DNA from: an uncultured delta proteobacterium
GTDB lineage: Bacteria > Myxococcota_A > UBA9160 > UBA4427
DNA length: 64,000 bases
Reading direction: 5' to 3'
Assembly (NCBI GenBank): GCA_963822965.1
Contig: CAWGJT010000006.1
Span: 64,001 to 128,000, forward strand
Part shown: positions 19,062 to 31,792 of the stretch, in pieces
Layout of the letters: every line of letters starts with the position of its first letter
Numbering within the stretch: position 1 is the stretch's first letter
Notes under the pieces: generated by a model
The model's database searches: none
Told to the model about the DNA's origin: nothing
Seen by the model: only the letters and a program-made list of their open reading frames with translations
Position numbers and translations under genes: made by a program

Positions 19062-21029
19062 TCAGCGTTCCGAGCGCGGACGCCGGGCCCGCCGCCCCCG
19101 GGTGCGGGCAGGCCGGCGATAGCCGGGCGCCTGCGCGGCGGCCGGCACCTCGCGACCGGCACGCTCCCGCCGTGCCGCGATCGCATCGCGCGGCGGACGC
19201 GACCCGATGAGACACGACTCGTCCTCTCCGATCAGGTCCTCGCGACCGGCCCCTTCGAGCGCCTTGCGCACGGTGAAGTAGTTCTCTGGCGCGAAGAACT
19301 GCAGAAGCGCCCGCTGCACCTCGCGGTCGCGCAGGCGCTTCACCGTCTTCACGGGCTTCATCGTGAACGGATCGAGCCCCGTGTGGTGGATGCACGTGGC
19401 GACGTCCATCGGTGCCGGAATGAAGTCCTGCACCTGTCGCGGCCGGTAGCCGTGCTGCTTGAGGAAGATCGCGAGCTCGATCATCTCCTCCACGCCGCTG
19501 CCCGGATGGCTGGCGATGAAGTACGGCACCAGGTACTGCTCCTTGCCGGCGCGGCGCGAGGCGGCCTCGAAGCCCTCGGCGAAGCGCTCGAAGCTCGCGG
19601 TCCCCGGCTTCTTCATCACGCGCAGCACCTCTTCGCTGGCGTGCTCGGGCGCCACCTTGAGGTGTCCGCCCACGTGGTAGCGGGCCAGCTCGTCGAGATA
19701 CTCGTCTTCGCCGGCGGCGAGGTCCATGCGGATGCCCGAGGCCACGTGCACCTGCTTCACTCCCGGCACGGCGCGGCTCGCGCGCATCAGCTCGAGCAGC
19801 GGCCCGTGATCGGTCTCGAGCAGGCGGCAGACCTTCGGATGCACGCACGACGGCCGGCGACACACCGCCTCCACCGCCGGCGCGCCGCAACGCATGCGGT
19901 ACATGTTCGCCGTGGGGCCACCGAGGTCGCTCACGTGTCCCTTGAAGTCGGGCCGGCTCGCCACGGCCTTCACCTCGCGCAGCACCGACTCGTGGCTGCG
20001 GCTCTGGATCGCCCGCCCCTGGTGCATGGTGATGGAGCAGAACGTGCAGCCCCCGAAGCAGCCCCGCATGATCTGCACCGAGTCCTTGATGGTCTGCCAC
20101 GCCGGAATGGCCTCTCCCTCGGCGGCATAGCGCGGGTGGGGCTCCCGCGTGTAGGGCAGCTCGTGCAGGGCGTCGAGGGTCTCCGTGTCCAGGGGCAGTC
20201 GCGGTGGGTTGAGGACGACGCGACGGTCGCCGTGGGGCTGCACCAACCGCCGCGCGTTGTGGGGATTGGTCTCTTCGTGGAAGCGCCGGGTCATGCGCGC
20301 GAAGGCCGTGAGATCGCCCGAGATCTCCTCGAAGGACGGAAGCTCGAGGGTGCGGCCGTCTCCCGCCGACGCGAAGTCGTGCTCGGGCAGGGTCTCGTTG
20401 CGACCGAGCAGGTAAGCCACGCCCCGCATGTCGCGCAGGTCGCGCACCGTCTCGCCGGCGTCGAGCCGGGTGGCGATCTCGAGCGCCGCCGCCTCGCCCA
20501 TGCCGAACACGAGCAGGTCGACCTTCGAGGGAGCCAGGATGCTCGGGTGCACCTTGTCGGACCAGTAGTCGAAGTGCGCGATCCGCCGCAGGGAGGCCTC
20601 CACGCCCCCCGCCACCACGGGAACGCCCTTGAAGGCCTCCCGGCAGCGCTGGGCGTAGACGGCGGTCGGCCGATCCGGTCGCAGGCCGATGCGCCCGCCC
20701 GGCGAGTAGGCGTCGGCGTTGCGCCGCTTCCGGTTCGCCGTGTAGTGGTTGATCATCGAGTCCATGTTGCCGGCGCTCACGCCGTAGAAGAGGCGCGGCG
20801 CACCGAGGGCGCGCCAGGGGTCGGCGCTGCGCCAGTCGGGCTGGGAGAGGATCACCACCCGGAAGCCGTGCCGGCCGAGCCAGCGCGCCAGGATCGCCGC
20901 GGCGAACGACGGGTGATCGACCACCGCGTCGCCGGAAACGAGCACCACGTCGGCCTGCTCCCAGCCGAGGGCGTCCATCTCCTCGCGACTGGTCACGAGC
21001 GTGGGCGGCATGGCCGGGTGGGCGCTCAT
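19062..21029 (-). CDS. ygiQ: YgiQ-family radical SAM protein
   Basis: [58 protein letters not shown]. Confidence 0.9.
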   Translation of the reverse strand: MSAHPAMPPTLVTSREEMDALGWEQADVVLVSGDAVVDHPSFAAAILARWLGRHGFRVVILSQPDWRSADPWRALGAPRLFYGVSAGNMDSMINHYTANRKRRNADAYSPGGRIGLRPDRPTAVYAQRCREAFKGVPVVAGGVEASLRRIAHFDYWSDKVHPSILAPSKVDLLVFGMGEAAALEIATRLDAGETVRDLRDMRGVAYLLGRNETLPEHDFASAGDGRTLELPSFEEISGDLTAFARMTRRFHEETNPHNARRLVQPHGDRRVVLNPPRLPLDTETLDALHELPYTREPHPRYAAEGEAIPAWQTIKDSVQIMRGCFGGCTFCSITMHQGRAIQSRSHESVLREVKAVASRPDFKGHVSDLGGPTANMYRMRCGAPAVEAVCRRPSCVHPKVCRLLETDHGPLLELMRASRAVPGVKQVHVASGIRMDLAAGEDEYLDELARYHVGGHLKVAPEHASEEVLRVMKKPGTASFERFAEGFEAASRRAGKEQYLVPYFIASHPGSGVEEMIELAIFLKQHGYRPRQVQDFIPAPMDVATCIHHTGLDPFTMKPVKTVKRLRDREVQRALLQFFAPENYFTVRKALEGAGREDLIGEDESCLIGSRPPRDAIAARRERAGREVPAAAQAPGYRRPARTRGRRARRPRSER

Positions 21030-21031
21030 GG

Positions 21032-23164
21032 CTAGCGACCGAGCAGGCCCTTCATCGCGTCGAGCACCTTCTTGCCCTCCTTGCCGGTCTTCTCGCCGAG
21101 GGCGTCCATTGCGCGCTCCGTGACGTCTGCCGTCGAGCCCCGCTCCTGCATCTCCTTTCGATACTCGGCCAGCAGATTGCGACAGCCGACGGGGCGCACC
21201 TTCGGCGTGCTCTCCTTCCTCTTCTTCTTGTCGAGCAGGCCCGCGCCCAGGTCGAGGGCGCGCGTGGCGAGCGCCGCGGCGTCGACGCCCGCCTTGGGCT
21301 CGGCGAGGGTTCCCTTCACGGTGAAGGGCGGCAGGGCGTCCGCGACGCTCACCGACAGGGCCTGGCGGTCGAACTTGAGCTTCAGCTTCTCCTCGCGCAG
21401 GTCCACCTTGCCCTCGCCGAAGAGCGCGACCGCCGACAGGTCGACCACGAGGCCGTCGGGCCGCGCCACCCCGTCGCGCACGGCGAAGTCCGCGTAGGCG
21501 CAGCTCACCTGGGCCTGCTTCGACACCGGCTCGGCGCGCAGCAGGGAGCTCGCGTCGGCGAGCACCAGCGCGGCCGTGTCGTGCGCGAGGGTCGCCGTCC
21601 CCATCTCCAGCAGGAGACTGCCGTTCAGGCTCGCCATGATGTCGCGCACCGAGGCGCCGCGGCCGGTGAGGTCGACGGCGAGGTCCAGCGGGCCGCCCGT
21701 CAGCATGTCGTTGCCCTGGGAGGCGAGCAGCTTGCCCAGCTCGACGCCGTGGGCCTGGGCCCGGGCCACCAGGGGCGGCGGCTTCTTCGACGCGTCGAGC
21801 GTCACCGCCAGGTCGAGGTGGCCGCCGGCGACGTCGGCCGCCAGCTTCTTCAGCTGCAGGTTGCGATCGTCGAGCTTCAGGTCGAGATCGAAGCCCGTGA
21901 GCAGCAGCGACCCGAGGTCGATCTCCTTCGACTGCAGCCGCAGCACGGCGTCCGCCGCGGCGAGCCCTTCGAGGGGCAGCGGGTCGGCGGAGAAGAGGCG
22001 CTTCTGCGAGCCGGTGGCGCCGCCCTCGGCGGGCGCGGATCCCGCCGCGGCCGGAGCCGACGAGCCCTTCGCTGTCTCGGCGGAAGTCTTCGCGCCCGCG
22101 TCCTGGAAGTCGGCCAGGGCGATGTGGGGCGAGGTGAGGCGTGCGTCGAGCCGCGGTCGGGCCCCCCCGAGCTTGACGTCCACCGTGCCCGTGAGCGAGG
22201 TCGAGCCCATCCGCAGGACCAGGTCGCGAATCGCGTAGGCCTGACCGCCGCCCGTGAGCTTCATCTCGAGCCCGTAGGGCCCGAGGTCCGGCAGCTCGCC
22301 ACCCGTGAGTGCGCCCAGGGCGGCCAGGTGCTCGCCCGAGACCTTCACGCCCAGGTCGAGATTGCCGCCCTCGAGCGGCTTGCCCACCTTGCCGTCCACG
22401 CCGATCTTCGCGCCGCCCGCCTGGGCGGCGAGATTGACGCCGAGCGGGGCACCGGCCATCACGTCGGACACGCCGTCGAGGGTGCCCGTCACCTCGATGG
22501 GCGCGTCGCCGTAGTGAGCCGACAGATCGAGCTGCAGCGGGGCGCCCTCACCTTCCATGAGGGTGACCAGCCGCTCGATGGCGATGCGCTGCGAGGACCC
22601 GGTGCGCGCGTCGCGGATCACCACGACCGCGTTCTCGATCTCGGCGCGCCGCACCAGCGCCGTGTAGGGCTTCGACGCCTCCCCGCCCTTCCCTTCCGGC
22701 CCTTCGGGAGCGGGTGGGCTCGTGGCGGGCTTCTTCTCCTCGGGCGGGGCCCCTTCCGGGGGCTTCGGGGGCGTGAACTCCCAGTTCGGCACGCCCTTGG
22801 CGTTGGTCTCGAGGAGCAGATCCAGCCCCCGGAGCTCCACCCGGTCCACCACCACGTTGCCGAACAGCAGGGGCAGCAGCTCGAGGCGCACCACGAAGCG
22901 ATCGACGGTCGCCATCTGGGGCCGGGAGCCCCAGGCGGCGTTCTGGAAGCCGATCCCCGCCACGGAGACGCCCGGCTTCAGGCCAATCTCGAGGTCGATG
23001 TCGCCGCTCAGGTCGAGCCGGCGCCCGGTGGCGTCGTAGGCCGCCTGGGCGATGGGCTCCTTGTACTGGTTCCAGTCGATCCGCTGGAGGGCCACCCAGC
23101 CGGCGACGGCCGCCAGGACCAGCAGAAGCACCAGAACGCCGAGGACGATGGCTACGCGCCGCAT
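21032..23164 (-). CDS. AsmA-family protein
   Basis: N-terminal [11 protein letters not shown]...[33 protein letters not shown]. Confidence 0.85.
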   Translation of the reverse strand: MRRVAIVLGVLVLLLVLAAVAGWVALQRIDWNQYKEPIAQAAYDATGRRLDLSGDIDLEIGLKPGVSVAGIGFQNAAWGSRPQMATVDRFVVRLELLPLLFGNVVVDRVELRGLDLLLETNAKGVPNWEFTPPKPPEGAPPEEKKPATSPPAPEGPEGKGGEASKPYTALVRRAEIENAVVVIRDARTGSSQRIAIERLVTLMEGEGAPLQLDLSAHYGDAPIEVTGTLDGVSDVMAGAPLGVNLAAQAGGAKIGVDGKVGKPLEGGNLDLGVKVSGEHLAALGALTGGELPDLGPYGLEMKLTGGGQAYAIRDLVLRMGSTSLTGTVDVKLGGARPRLDARLTSPHIALADFQDAGAKTSAETAKGSSAPAAAGSAPAEGGATGSQKRLFSADPLPLEGLAAADAVLRLQSKEIDLGSLLLTGFDLDLKLDDRNLQLKKLAADVAGGHLDLAVTLDASKKPPPLVARAQAHGVELGKLLASQGNDMLTGGPLDLAVDLTGRGASVRDIMASLNGSLLLEMGTATLAHDTAALVLADASSLLRAEPVSKQAQVSCAYADFAVRDGVARPDGLVVDLSAVALFGEGKVDLREEKLKLKFDRQALSVSVADALPPFTVKGTLAEPKAGVDAAALATRALDLGAGLLDKKKRKESTPKVRPVGCRNLLAEYRKEMQERGSTADVTERAMDALGEKTGKEGKKVLDAMKGLLGR

Positions 23165-23370
23165 GCTCTCACTCCCATGGGCAAGAAGGATGCAACAACC
23201 CCCGGCGCGCTCCAATTCGTGCACCCTCCCGCCCACCTGCGCCGCCCGCGCGCCTCAAACCCAGGCGCCCGCTGGCCGAAGAAGTGTGAGGAGCATCGCC
23301 AAGCAGGGAGCCCGCACGTTCGATGCGCAAGGAGTTGCCGGACCACACCCGGAGAGGAGGAGCCATCTCG

Positions 23371-23829
23371 ATGCTCCAGGGGGGACCCCTCCACGGCAGA
23401 TCCACGGCGACGGCGCTCCTGCTCGCGTGCACGCTGTCGCTCGCCGGGCCGGTGCGCGCCGAGCCGCGCCTGCCCCCCCCGGACACACCCCCGAACCAGA
23501 CTGCCCTGGACGAGTCGCTCGGAGAGATCGAGGCGCTCGTGCTCGAAGCCCACTTCGCCACGGCCCTCGGCGTCGCCGAGACCACCCGCAGCTGGGCGGA
23601 CGAGCTTCCGTCGAGCCCCGAGGTGCGCGAGGCGCGGGCCCGGCTGAACGTGCTGATGTCCACCGCGCAGATCGCGCTCGGCGACGAGGCGGCGGCGCGC
23701 GAGAGCATGGAGCGCGCCCTGGCCGTGTGGCCGCTGCTCGTGCTCGACGAGCGCACCACGTCGCCGCGGGTGGTCCGACTGCTGCGGGAGCTGCAGGCCT
23801 CGCGCCGGGCCGCGAGGAAAGCGTCGTGA
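23371..23829 (+). CDS. Hypothetical secreted helical (TPR-like) protein
   Basis: Signal peptide-like N-terminus, helical body, SPRVV motif; stop overlaps next start (GTGA). Confidence 0.6.
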   Translation: MLQGGPLHGRSTATALLLACTLSLAGPVRAEPRLPPPDTPPNQTALDESLGEIEALVLEAHFATALGVAETTRSWADELPSSPEVREARARLNVLMSTAQIALGDEAAARESMERALAVWPLLVLDERTTSPRVVRLLRELQASRRAARKAS

Positions 23830-25160
23830 GCGGCAACCCCCTCCTCGACGACGATCTCGGCGGCGAGCGCTCGGTGGCGGTCCGCAAGCTGCTGGTCGAG
23901 GCCCGCCGGGCCCTCGAGTTCGACCGCGCCCACGTGGTGCTCGTGGGCGACCGCGCGACCACGCGCGAGCTGCCGCGGCTGCTGGCCGACGAGCTGCAGG
24001 GCGAGATCGAGAGCGTCGTCGTCCGCCTGGCCGGCCGGGAGGACACGGTCACCGACTGCGTCGCCGAGGCGATCCGCGACGCGCGCCGGCAGGCGCCGGA
24101 CGGAGCCGAGGGCGAGCTCGATCCGACCGCGCCGCGACGCGCGCGCATGGCGCTGCTGCTGCCCGACGCCCTGTCGATTCCGTCCGCCTCCCTGCGCGCG
24201 TTGAACGAGATGGCCACCCGTTCCGGCATGACCGAGCGCCTGGTGCTCTTCGTCGATCGCGACGACACGCCCCTGGACGACCCCGCCCGGGAGCTCGTCG
24301 CACGCGTCGGCGTCGGCATGTCGAAGATCGAGCTCGAGCCCGCGTCCTTCTCCCGCGAGCCGCCCCGCGTGATCCGCCCCGAAGAGCCCGACGCCCAGGC
24401 GGCTCCCGTCGCCGGAGTGCCCACGGTCCCGAGCGATGGCCGCACGCGTCGCGTGCGGCCCGTGCGGGTGCGATCGCGCCGCCGGCCCGGCAGCGGCCAT
24501 CCCATTCTCTGGATCCTCACCACGGCGCTGCTCGGCGGCACCGCCCTGTTCCTGACCGCGCCGGGCATCGTGCGTCACGTGGTGCTGCCCTCCCTCTCCG
24601 AAGGGATCACGATGCCGTCGCTCGCTCCGGATGCTGTTGAGCTCGGAGCAGCCGGAGGCACGGCCGAGCCCGGCGCAGTCGCCGACGCGGAAGGCCCCGA
24701 GCTGCCGCCCGTGGGCGTCCCCACCGCGACCCCCGCCCGGAGGCCCAGCGCGGCCCGCCAGGCGGTCCTCGCCGCGACGGCCGACCCCGGGCAGTCCCTG
24801 GCACACGGCGTGATCGTGAGCGCCGACGTTCCGACCATGCCCGACGCCGCGGATCCGGGCGCGGACGATCCGGACGACGCGAGCCCCGAAGCCAACCACG
24901 TGGCCCTGGCCCCCGTTCCCGTGCCCTCGGCCGCGGCCCCGCCGCCCGCGGAGCCCGAGCCCGCTCCGATCATCGTGAGCTTCAACGCCGCGCCCTGGGC
25001 CGACCTCGAGATCGACGGCCGCGACGTCGGCCCGACACCCATCGGCGACCTCTCCCTCACCCCGGGCCGGCACCACCTGCGCGCCACGTTCCCCGACGGC
25101 CGCGTCGTCGAGCGAAGCCTCCGGATCGATTCGCTCCAGAACCGCTTCCGCATCGAGTGA
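23826..25160 (+). CDS. Hypothetical bitopic membrane protein with Pro/Ala linker and C-terminal PEGA-like domain
   Basis: TM ILWILTTALLGGTALFL; NAAPWADLEIDGRDVGPTPI...PGRHHLR. Confidence 0.65.
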   Translation: MSGNPLLDDDLGGERSVAVRKLLVEARRALEFDRAHVVLVGDRATTRELPRLLADELQGEIESVVVRLAGREDTVTDCVAEAIRDARRQAPDGAEGELDPTAPRRARMALLLPDALSIPSASLRALNEMATRSGMTERLVLFVDRDDTPLDDPARELVARVGVGMSKIELEPASFSREPPRVIRPEEPDAQAAPVAGVPTVPSDGRTRRVRPVRVRSRRRPGSGHPILWILTTALLGGTALFLTAPGIVRHVVLPSLSEGITMPSLAPDAVELGAAGGTAEPGAVADAEGPELPPVGVPTATPARRPSAARQAVLAATADPGQSLAHGVIVSADVPTMPDAADPGADDPDDASPEANHVALAPVPVPSAAAPPPAEPEPAPIIVSFNAAPWADLEIDGRDVGPTPIGDLSLTPGRHHLRATFPDGRVVERSLRIDSLQNRFRIE

Positions 25161-25302
25161 TCGGCGGGCGGACGCGAGGCGACGGCAGCCCGCGCGCGGC
25201 CCGTCCCTCCGGTGGTGCCCCGGGAGCGCGACCCCACCGGCCGGGGCGCGGCGGTAGCCGGCGCGTCTCTCGGATCGACGGACAGTGGGCGGCAGAGGGA
25301 AG

Positions 25303-25379
25303 TGGTGACCCAGGCAGAATTCGAATCTGCGACCTTCGGCTTCGGAGGCCGACGCTCTATCCAGCTGAGCTACTGGGCC
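25303..25379 (-). tRNA. tRNA-Arg(CCG)
   Basis: GGCCCAGTAGCTCAGCTGGATAGAGCG TCGGC CT CCG AA GCCGA AGGTCGCAGATTCGAATTCTGCCTGGGTCACCA; 77 nt with CCA. Confidence 0.93.
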
Positions 25380-25508
25380 ACGGAGGCGCTTGCTACAGCG
25401 CGGGCGCGGACGGTACCACCCCCGCCCGCCGGGTGCCGCCCCGATAGCGGGACGCTCGCGCGACCGCTCGTCGTCGCGGCGGGTCGGGCGCGACGCGGGA
25501 TGAAAGAC

Positions 25509-25585
25509 TGGTGGGACGTAGAGGACTTGAACCTCCGACCCCCGCGGTGTGAGCACGGTGCTCTAGCCAACTGAGCTAACGTCCC
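25509..25585 (-). tRNA. tRNA-Val(CAC)
   Basis: GGGACGTTAGCTCAGTTGGCTAGAGCA CCGTG CT CAC AC CGCGG GGGTCGGAGGTTCAAGTCCTCTACGTCCCACCA; 77 nt with CCA. Confidence 0.93.
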
Positions 25586-25669
25586 AGGACGGCGGAGTTT
25601 TCGCCATCCGGGGCCGGATTTCAAGGTCGCATTCGTACCGGCGCACCCGGGACCCCCCTTGTCGCCCCG

Positions 25670-26476
25670 ATGGCCCGGAAGATGCCCCCGAAGAAGAGCT
25701 CGAAGAGCGCCGACAGCGACTGGGAGGGGGCCGCCCGCAGCTTCCTGGTGCCGTGGCAGGCGCGACGGGCGTTCGCCGGAGCGCTGGCGTGCGGCAGCTA
25801 CGTGACCGGCCACCCCACCCCCCACTCGGACGTGGACGTGCAGATCCTGCTGGCACCCGGCACCCGCTGGCGCGAGCGCGGCAACCGCATCGTGAACGGC
25901 TTCCTGGTGGAGTACTTCGCGAATCCACCGGAGCAGCTGCACCGCTACTTCGCCGACGACCACCGCCGCAACCGCCGGGTGACCGCCACCATGTTCTGCA
26001 CGGGACGGGTGCTGGTGGATCCGGGGGGCGACCTGGCACGCATGATTCGCGAGGCGCGGCGCTGGCATCGCAGGCCCCTGCCCCGCACCACCCGCGCCTG
26101 GCGCGAGCACACGCTCTACGCGATCTGGGACGTGATCGACAACGCCATGGACGCTGCCGAGCGCGGGGCGCCCGATCTGGCCTTCCAGTACCACCACGCC
26201 GTCTACGCACTCTACGAGGACTATGCGCGCTTCCTGCGCCAGCCCGTCCTACAGGTGTACCGGCTGCTCGGGGTGTACGGTCCGGGCGGACGGCCGGAGA
26301 AGATCCTCGCCGAGCCGTTCCCGGACCCGGCGTTCGTGCGCCTGCTGATGGGGGCCCTTCGCGAGACCGACCCGAAGCGCATGCCGGCCCGTCTCCGGCG
26401 ACTCGCCGGGCACGTCACCCGTGCCCTGGGTGGGTTCGAGATCGACGGCTGGCGGCTGCGCACCCCGGTCGAGTGA
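25670..26476 (+). CDS. Pol-beta superfamily nucleotidyltransferase domain protein
   Basis: CGSYVTGHPTPHSDVDV (GS...DxD) followed by helical C-terminal region. Confidence 0.8.
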   Translation: MARKMPPKKSSKSADSDWEGAARSFLVPWQARRAFAGALACGSYVTGHPTPHSDVDVQILLAPGTRWRERGNRIVNGFLVEYFANPPEQLHRYFADDHRRNRRVTATMFCTGRVLVDPGGDLARMIREARRWHRRPLPRTTRAWREHTLYAIWDVIDNAMDAAERGAPDLAFQYHHAVYALYEDYARFLRQPVLQVYRLLGVYGPGGRPEKILAEPFPDPAFVRLLMGALRETDPKRMPARLRRLAGHVTRALGGFEIDGWRLRTPVE

Positions 26477-26485
26477 CGGCTCGCG

Positions 26486-27823
26486 CTACTCGCTCGTCTC
26501 GTCCGGCTCGATGGTCACCTCGCCCCTGCGGCCCTTCCGCGCTCGCAGGGCCTCCAGCCGCGCGCGTTCGATCTCGAGCCACTCGGCGCGCGGGCGGCTC
26601 GGGTCGAAGACCAGCTCGATCTCCGCCTCGGCTTCTTCACCCGAAGCCAGCCGGGCGGCCACGCGGATACGATTCGGGCCCTCCTCGAGCGGAACCCGGG
26701 CACGGAACCGGCCCGATTCCTCCAGGTCGATCTGCGGCGCCGACTCCCCCAGGTCGAGGTTCTCGACGCGCACCCGCTCGGGCTTCGGCGCCAGGTCCGC
26801 GACCAGCCGCCCGGCCAGCACCGCGGGCGCGGCTCCGGTCGGGCTCCACACGACGCCGCCGGGCGCCGCAGCCCGCATCTCCCGCACGACCTCGGGGACC
26901 TGCCCGCCGCCGAGCCCCACGATCTCGAGCCAAGCGCCCTGCGCGGCGAGCCTTCCGGCCAGCGCCACGAGCCGCGCACGATGGCGGGGATCGCTTGCCG
27001 CGGCTGCTCCTACCGGATAGCCCGCGGCCGCGTCGACCCACACGACCACCCCCGGCGCGGGTGCTCCCGGGGCTGCGGACGAGGCGGAAATCCCGTCCAA
27101 CGCCGCCTCGAGCGCCGCGGCCAGGTCGCGTGGCCGCAGATCGCCCGGCGGGTCGCCGCTCCTCGAGGCAGCCGTGCCGCGGCTCGCGAAGGCAAGGGTA
27201 CGCGAGTCGACGGGCTCGCCCCGATCGCGCAGTCGGCTCAGAAGGAGCCGGGATGCCGCCGGGCCCGTCTCCCGCACCGCGGGCGAGCGGTCCAGCAGCA
27301 GCCAGACACGCTTGCCGGCGCGCACCCGGCCCTCGGGCCCGGCCCCGCGCTCCAGCCAGCCGGAGAGCGCCACGCTGCGCTCCAGGTTGCTCACCACGTC
27401 GCCGGGCGCCGGGGTCTCGAGGCGGACGCCCAGGCGCGCGGGCGCCGGAACGGGGAGCGTGCAGCGCTGCATCCAGGCCGGGCTGAACACCTGCACGCGC
27501 CGCCAGGGGGAGGGCTCGGCCTCGCTCGCGACGGCCACGCAGCGGAAGCGCGTCTCGTTCAGGAGCGCTCCCGCCGGCTCCACCTGGCACGAGTTCGCGA
27601 GCACACGCGGATGCTCGGGGTGCGGCAGCCAGGCCGAGCGCTCCCGGCTCCATACCTCCATCTCCAGCAGTCCGCTCTCGCAGGACTGCGCGGGCAGGAA
27701 GACGGCCACCCGATCTCCCGGCACCCCCGCCGCGGCCACCCCGAACGCCGTCCCCATCGTCGCGCACGCCGCAACGGCAGCCACGACCGTCGGGAGCCGC
27801 CCCCTCGCGAGCCCCACAGGCAC
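26486..27823 (-). CDS. Hypothetical secreted protein (Cys-containing N-domain, Ig-like segments, degenerate vWA-like insert)
   Basis: Signal-like N-terminus; LETPAPGDVV, VWLLLDRS, FRARVPLEEGPNRIRV; start uncertain. Confidence 0.5.
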   Translation of the reverse strand: MPVGLARGRLPTVVAAVAACATMGTAFGVAAAGVPGDRVAVFLPAQSCESGLLEMEVWSRERSAWLPHPEHPRVLANSCQVEPAGALLNETRFRCVAVASEAEPSPWRRVQVFSPAWMQRCTLPVPAPARLGVRLETPAPGDVVSNLERSVALSGWLERGAGPEGRVRAGKRVWLLLDRSPAVRETGPAASRLLLSRLRDRGEPVDSRTLAFASRGTAASRSGDPPGDLRPRDLAAALEAALDGISASSAAPGAPAPGVVVWVDAAAGYPVGAAAASDPRHRARLVALAGRLAAQGAWLEIVGLGGGQVPEVVREMRAAAPGGVVWSPTGAAPAVLAGRLVADLAPKPERVRVENLDLGESAPQIDLEESGRFRARVPLEEGPNRIRVAARLASGEEAEAEIELVFDPSRPRAEWLEIERARLEALRARKGRRGEVTIEPDETSE

Positions 27824-27873
27824 GGGGACCCGGGATCGGTCGCCCGGCGCCGCAACGGATCCTGCGGATCGAG

Positions 27874-28659
27874 CTATCCCGCGAACTTCGGCCACCCGAG
27901 CAGATACGTGACGTGGGCGGGCTGGCTGCCGATCTTCACGCGCCCCGTCTCCCACGTGAAGCCGTCTCCCTCGAGCCCCGACACCATCTCGTCGAGCTCC
28001 GCCACCGTGTACGCGCGCAGCCCCGAGACGAAGCCGTCCCAGACGACGAAGAGCGGAATCACCGGCACGAGATAGGTGAAGACCAGCCAGCGCCAGTCGA
28101 AGGGGCGCAGGAAGGGACAGGCGAGCGCGAAGAAGAGCGGCGCGAACAGGATGCCGACGAGGAACGGCACGCTGCGCTCCGCCACGTCGAAGACCGCCAC
28201 CGGCTGGCGGCTGTCCACGGCGCTCTGGAGGATGCGCCGGGCGTCCGGCGGTCGGAAGTGGTGGAGCGCGTTGAAGAGCGTGCGGCAGCCGTCGAGAGAG
28301 GCCGGCACGCTCGTCGCGTCGACGGACTCGGGGTGCACCGTCACGCGGCCGTCGGACCTCGCGGCCACGGCCGCCAGGGTCTGCACGTTCGGATACCGGT
28401 CGGTGAGCAGCGCCGTCACCTCGACGCCCTCGTCGCGCAGGGCGTCGACCACCGCCGGCACCGGCCCGGCGCCGCCGGAGCACAGGTCCACCAGACAGCG
28501 CGCCCCCGAGGCCCGCAGCAGCTCCGCCAGCTTCGGTGCCATGTAGCCGGGCTGTCCGGCCAGGTCGGCGGCCAGGCGCAGATACGCCGTGCCGGCGTCC
28601 CGCAGCACCGCGGGAAACCAGGGCTGGTCCTCGAGCTCCATCAGGTGCAAACGTGCCAT
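27874..28659 (-). CDS. Class I SAM-dependent methyltransferase-like protein
   Basis: LVDLCSGGAGP motif I, LTDRYPN, VDAT, FNALHHF. Confidence 0.75.
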   Translation of the reverse strand: MARLHLMELEDQPWFPAVLRDAGTAYLRLAADLAGQPGYMAPKLAELLRASGARCLVDLCSGGAGPVPAVVDALRDEGVEVTALLTDRYPNVQTLAAVAARSDGRVTVHPESVDATSVPASLDGCRTLFNALHHFRPPDARRILQSAVDSRQPVAVFDVAERSVPFLVGILFAPLFFALACPFLRPFDWRWLVFTYLVPVIPLFVVWDGFVSGLRAYTVAELDEMVSGLEGDGFTWETGRVKIGSQPAHVTYLLGWPKFAG

Positions 28660-28693
28660 CGGGCGTCCGCTCGTGTGGGCGCTCGCTCGTGCC

Positions 28694-30361
<1,668 letters not shown>

Positions 30362-30411
30362 TCACGAGGACCCCGCTCACCCACGAACGGCGTCCCGGCG
30401 ACTCCACCCCC

Positions 30412-30449
30412 CACAAGAGAAACGGGAGGCCGGTGTGGCCTCCCGTTTC
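30412..30449 (-). terminator. Intrinsic terminator after rplM-rpsI
   Basis: 13-bp stem GAAACGGGAGGCC/GGCCTCCCGTTTC, 5-nt loop, TTTCTCTT tail on minus strand. Confidence 0.7.
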
Positions 30450-30495
30450 GAAAATCAGCTGTCTTGCGACGCCTCGAATCAAGGCGATCCTCCGA

Positions 30496-30894
30496 TCAGC
30501 GCTTCGAGAACTGGTACCGCGCGCGGGCACCCTTCTGCCCGTACTTCTTGCGCTCCTTCCGACGCGGGTCCCGGGTGAGGAAGCCGGCTCGCTTCAGGAC
30601 GGCGCGCTGGTTGGGATCGAGCTTCTCGAGGGCGCGCGCGATCCCGTGGCGGAGCGCTCCGGCCTGGCCGCTGGTGCCGCCGCCCTGGATGGTCGCGCTG
30701 ATGTCGTAGCGGGTCAGCGCTTCGGTCATCTCCAGCGGCTTGCGCACGGCCAGCTGGTCGGCGTGGCGCGGGAAGTAGTCCTCCACCGTGCGGCCGTTGA
30801 TGAGGATGTTGCCGCCGCCGAGCTGCAGGCGCACACGCGCGATGGCGGTCTTGCGCTTGCCGGTGGCGGAGGTGATGTCGCTCGGACTAGCCAA
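30496..30894 (-). CDS. rpsI: 30S ribosomal protein S9
   Basis: [43 protein letters not shown]. Confidence 0.98.
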   Translation of the reverse strand: MASPSDITSATGKRKTAIARVRLQLGGGNILINGRTVEDYFPRHADQLAVRKPLEMTEALTRYDISATIQGGGTSGQAGALRHGIARALEKLDPNQRAVLKRAGFLTRDPRRKERKKYGQKGARARYQFSKR

Positions 30895-31339
30895 GTGTGA
30901 GCTCCTCGGGCTTCTGTGCGGCGTGCTTGTGGTCGGGTCCGGCGTACACGCGAAGCTTCGAGAGCATCTGCCGGCCCAGGGCGTTCTTCGGAAGCATGCC
31001 GGTGACGGCCTTGCGGACGACGCGATCGGCGTGCGGTCCGCCGAGCAGCTCGTTGGCGGTGACCGTCTTGACGCTGCCCATGTAGCCGGTGTGCCGCTGG
31101 TAGACCTTCTGCTCCCGCTTGCGACCGGTCAGCTTGACCTTCTCGGCGTTGACCACGATCACGTGGTCGCCGGTGTCGACGTGGGGCGTGAACGTCGGCT
31201 TGTGCTTGCCGCGCAGGATGCTCGCGATCCGGGTCGCGAGGCGGCCGAGCACGACGTCCGTCGCGTCGACCACGTACCACTGGCGCTCGACGTCCGCCGG
31301 GCGCGTGCTCTGGGTGGCGCGGTGAGCCGGAGCTCCCAT
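30887..31339 (-). CDS. rplM: 50S ribosomal protein L13
   Basis: [38 protein letters not shown]. Confidence 0.98.
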   Translation of the reverse strand: MGAPAHRATQSTRPADVERQWYVVDATDVVLGRLATRIASILRGKHKPTFTPHVDTGDHVIVVNAEKVKLTGRKREQKVYQRHTGYMGSVKTVTANELLGGPHADRVVRKAVTGMLPKNALGRQMLSKLRVYAGPDHKHAAQKPEELTLG

Positions 31340-31580
31340 GGTCGTTGCCTTTCCTCTGGCTTCCGGCCTTCCGGCCTTTCTGCCCTTCTGCCTTGTCTGC
31401 GTCCCGCTCGCTTCGGCGTTCGCAGGGGCTGCCGGCCGGCCGACCGCGGGACTCGCTTCACGCCCCTCTTCACGCCCTCTTCACGCTCACGTTCACGCAA
31501 GTGGAGCCGACCGGTCGCGCCTCGAAGAGACCCATGCGAGGCGCAACCCGCGCGCGGCAGCTGGTGTTCGGGACGGGCAT

Positions 31581-31609
31581 TGGGTACCGGAGCGCAACCC
31601 GCGAGTCAA
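31581..31609 (-). promoter_or_regulatory. Candidate sigma70 promoter for rplM-rpsI
   Basis: TTGACT-N17-TACCCA; -10 imperfect. Confidence 0.35.
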
Positions 31610-31792
31610 GGGCCCGCTGCCGGCGGCTCTCCCGCCAAGACGCCGATATTGCATCGAAATGTGCCGGTGCGGACCCGTCGCCCCCAAGGGCAGCCGGAAC
31701 GCTGCGCTGCCCGGCCGGGGCGCCCTCGCCTATGCTCCCCTGCGCGTCGGCCGGGGCGTCCGCCGGGCCGGCCCCCCGCCGGAGGAATCGCC

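Noticed and set aside
14844..21035. 2063-aa ORF (also 47514..52565, 9454..12762, 3952..7416, 15217..18579) as giant proteins or secretion cargo
   Set aside because: Arg/Pro/Gly-rich shadow frames overlapping well-supported genes, expected at this GC content
25303..25585. tRNA-anchored genomic island or prophage
   Set aside because: No adjacent integrase and no duplicated tRNA 3' end seen; the recombinase-like gene is 20 kb away and appears inactive
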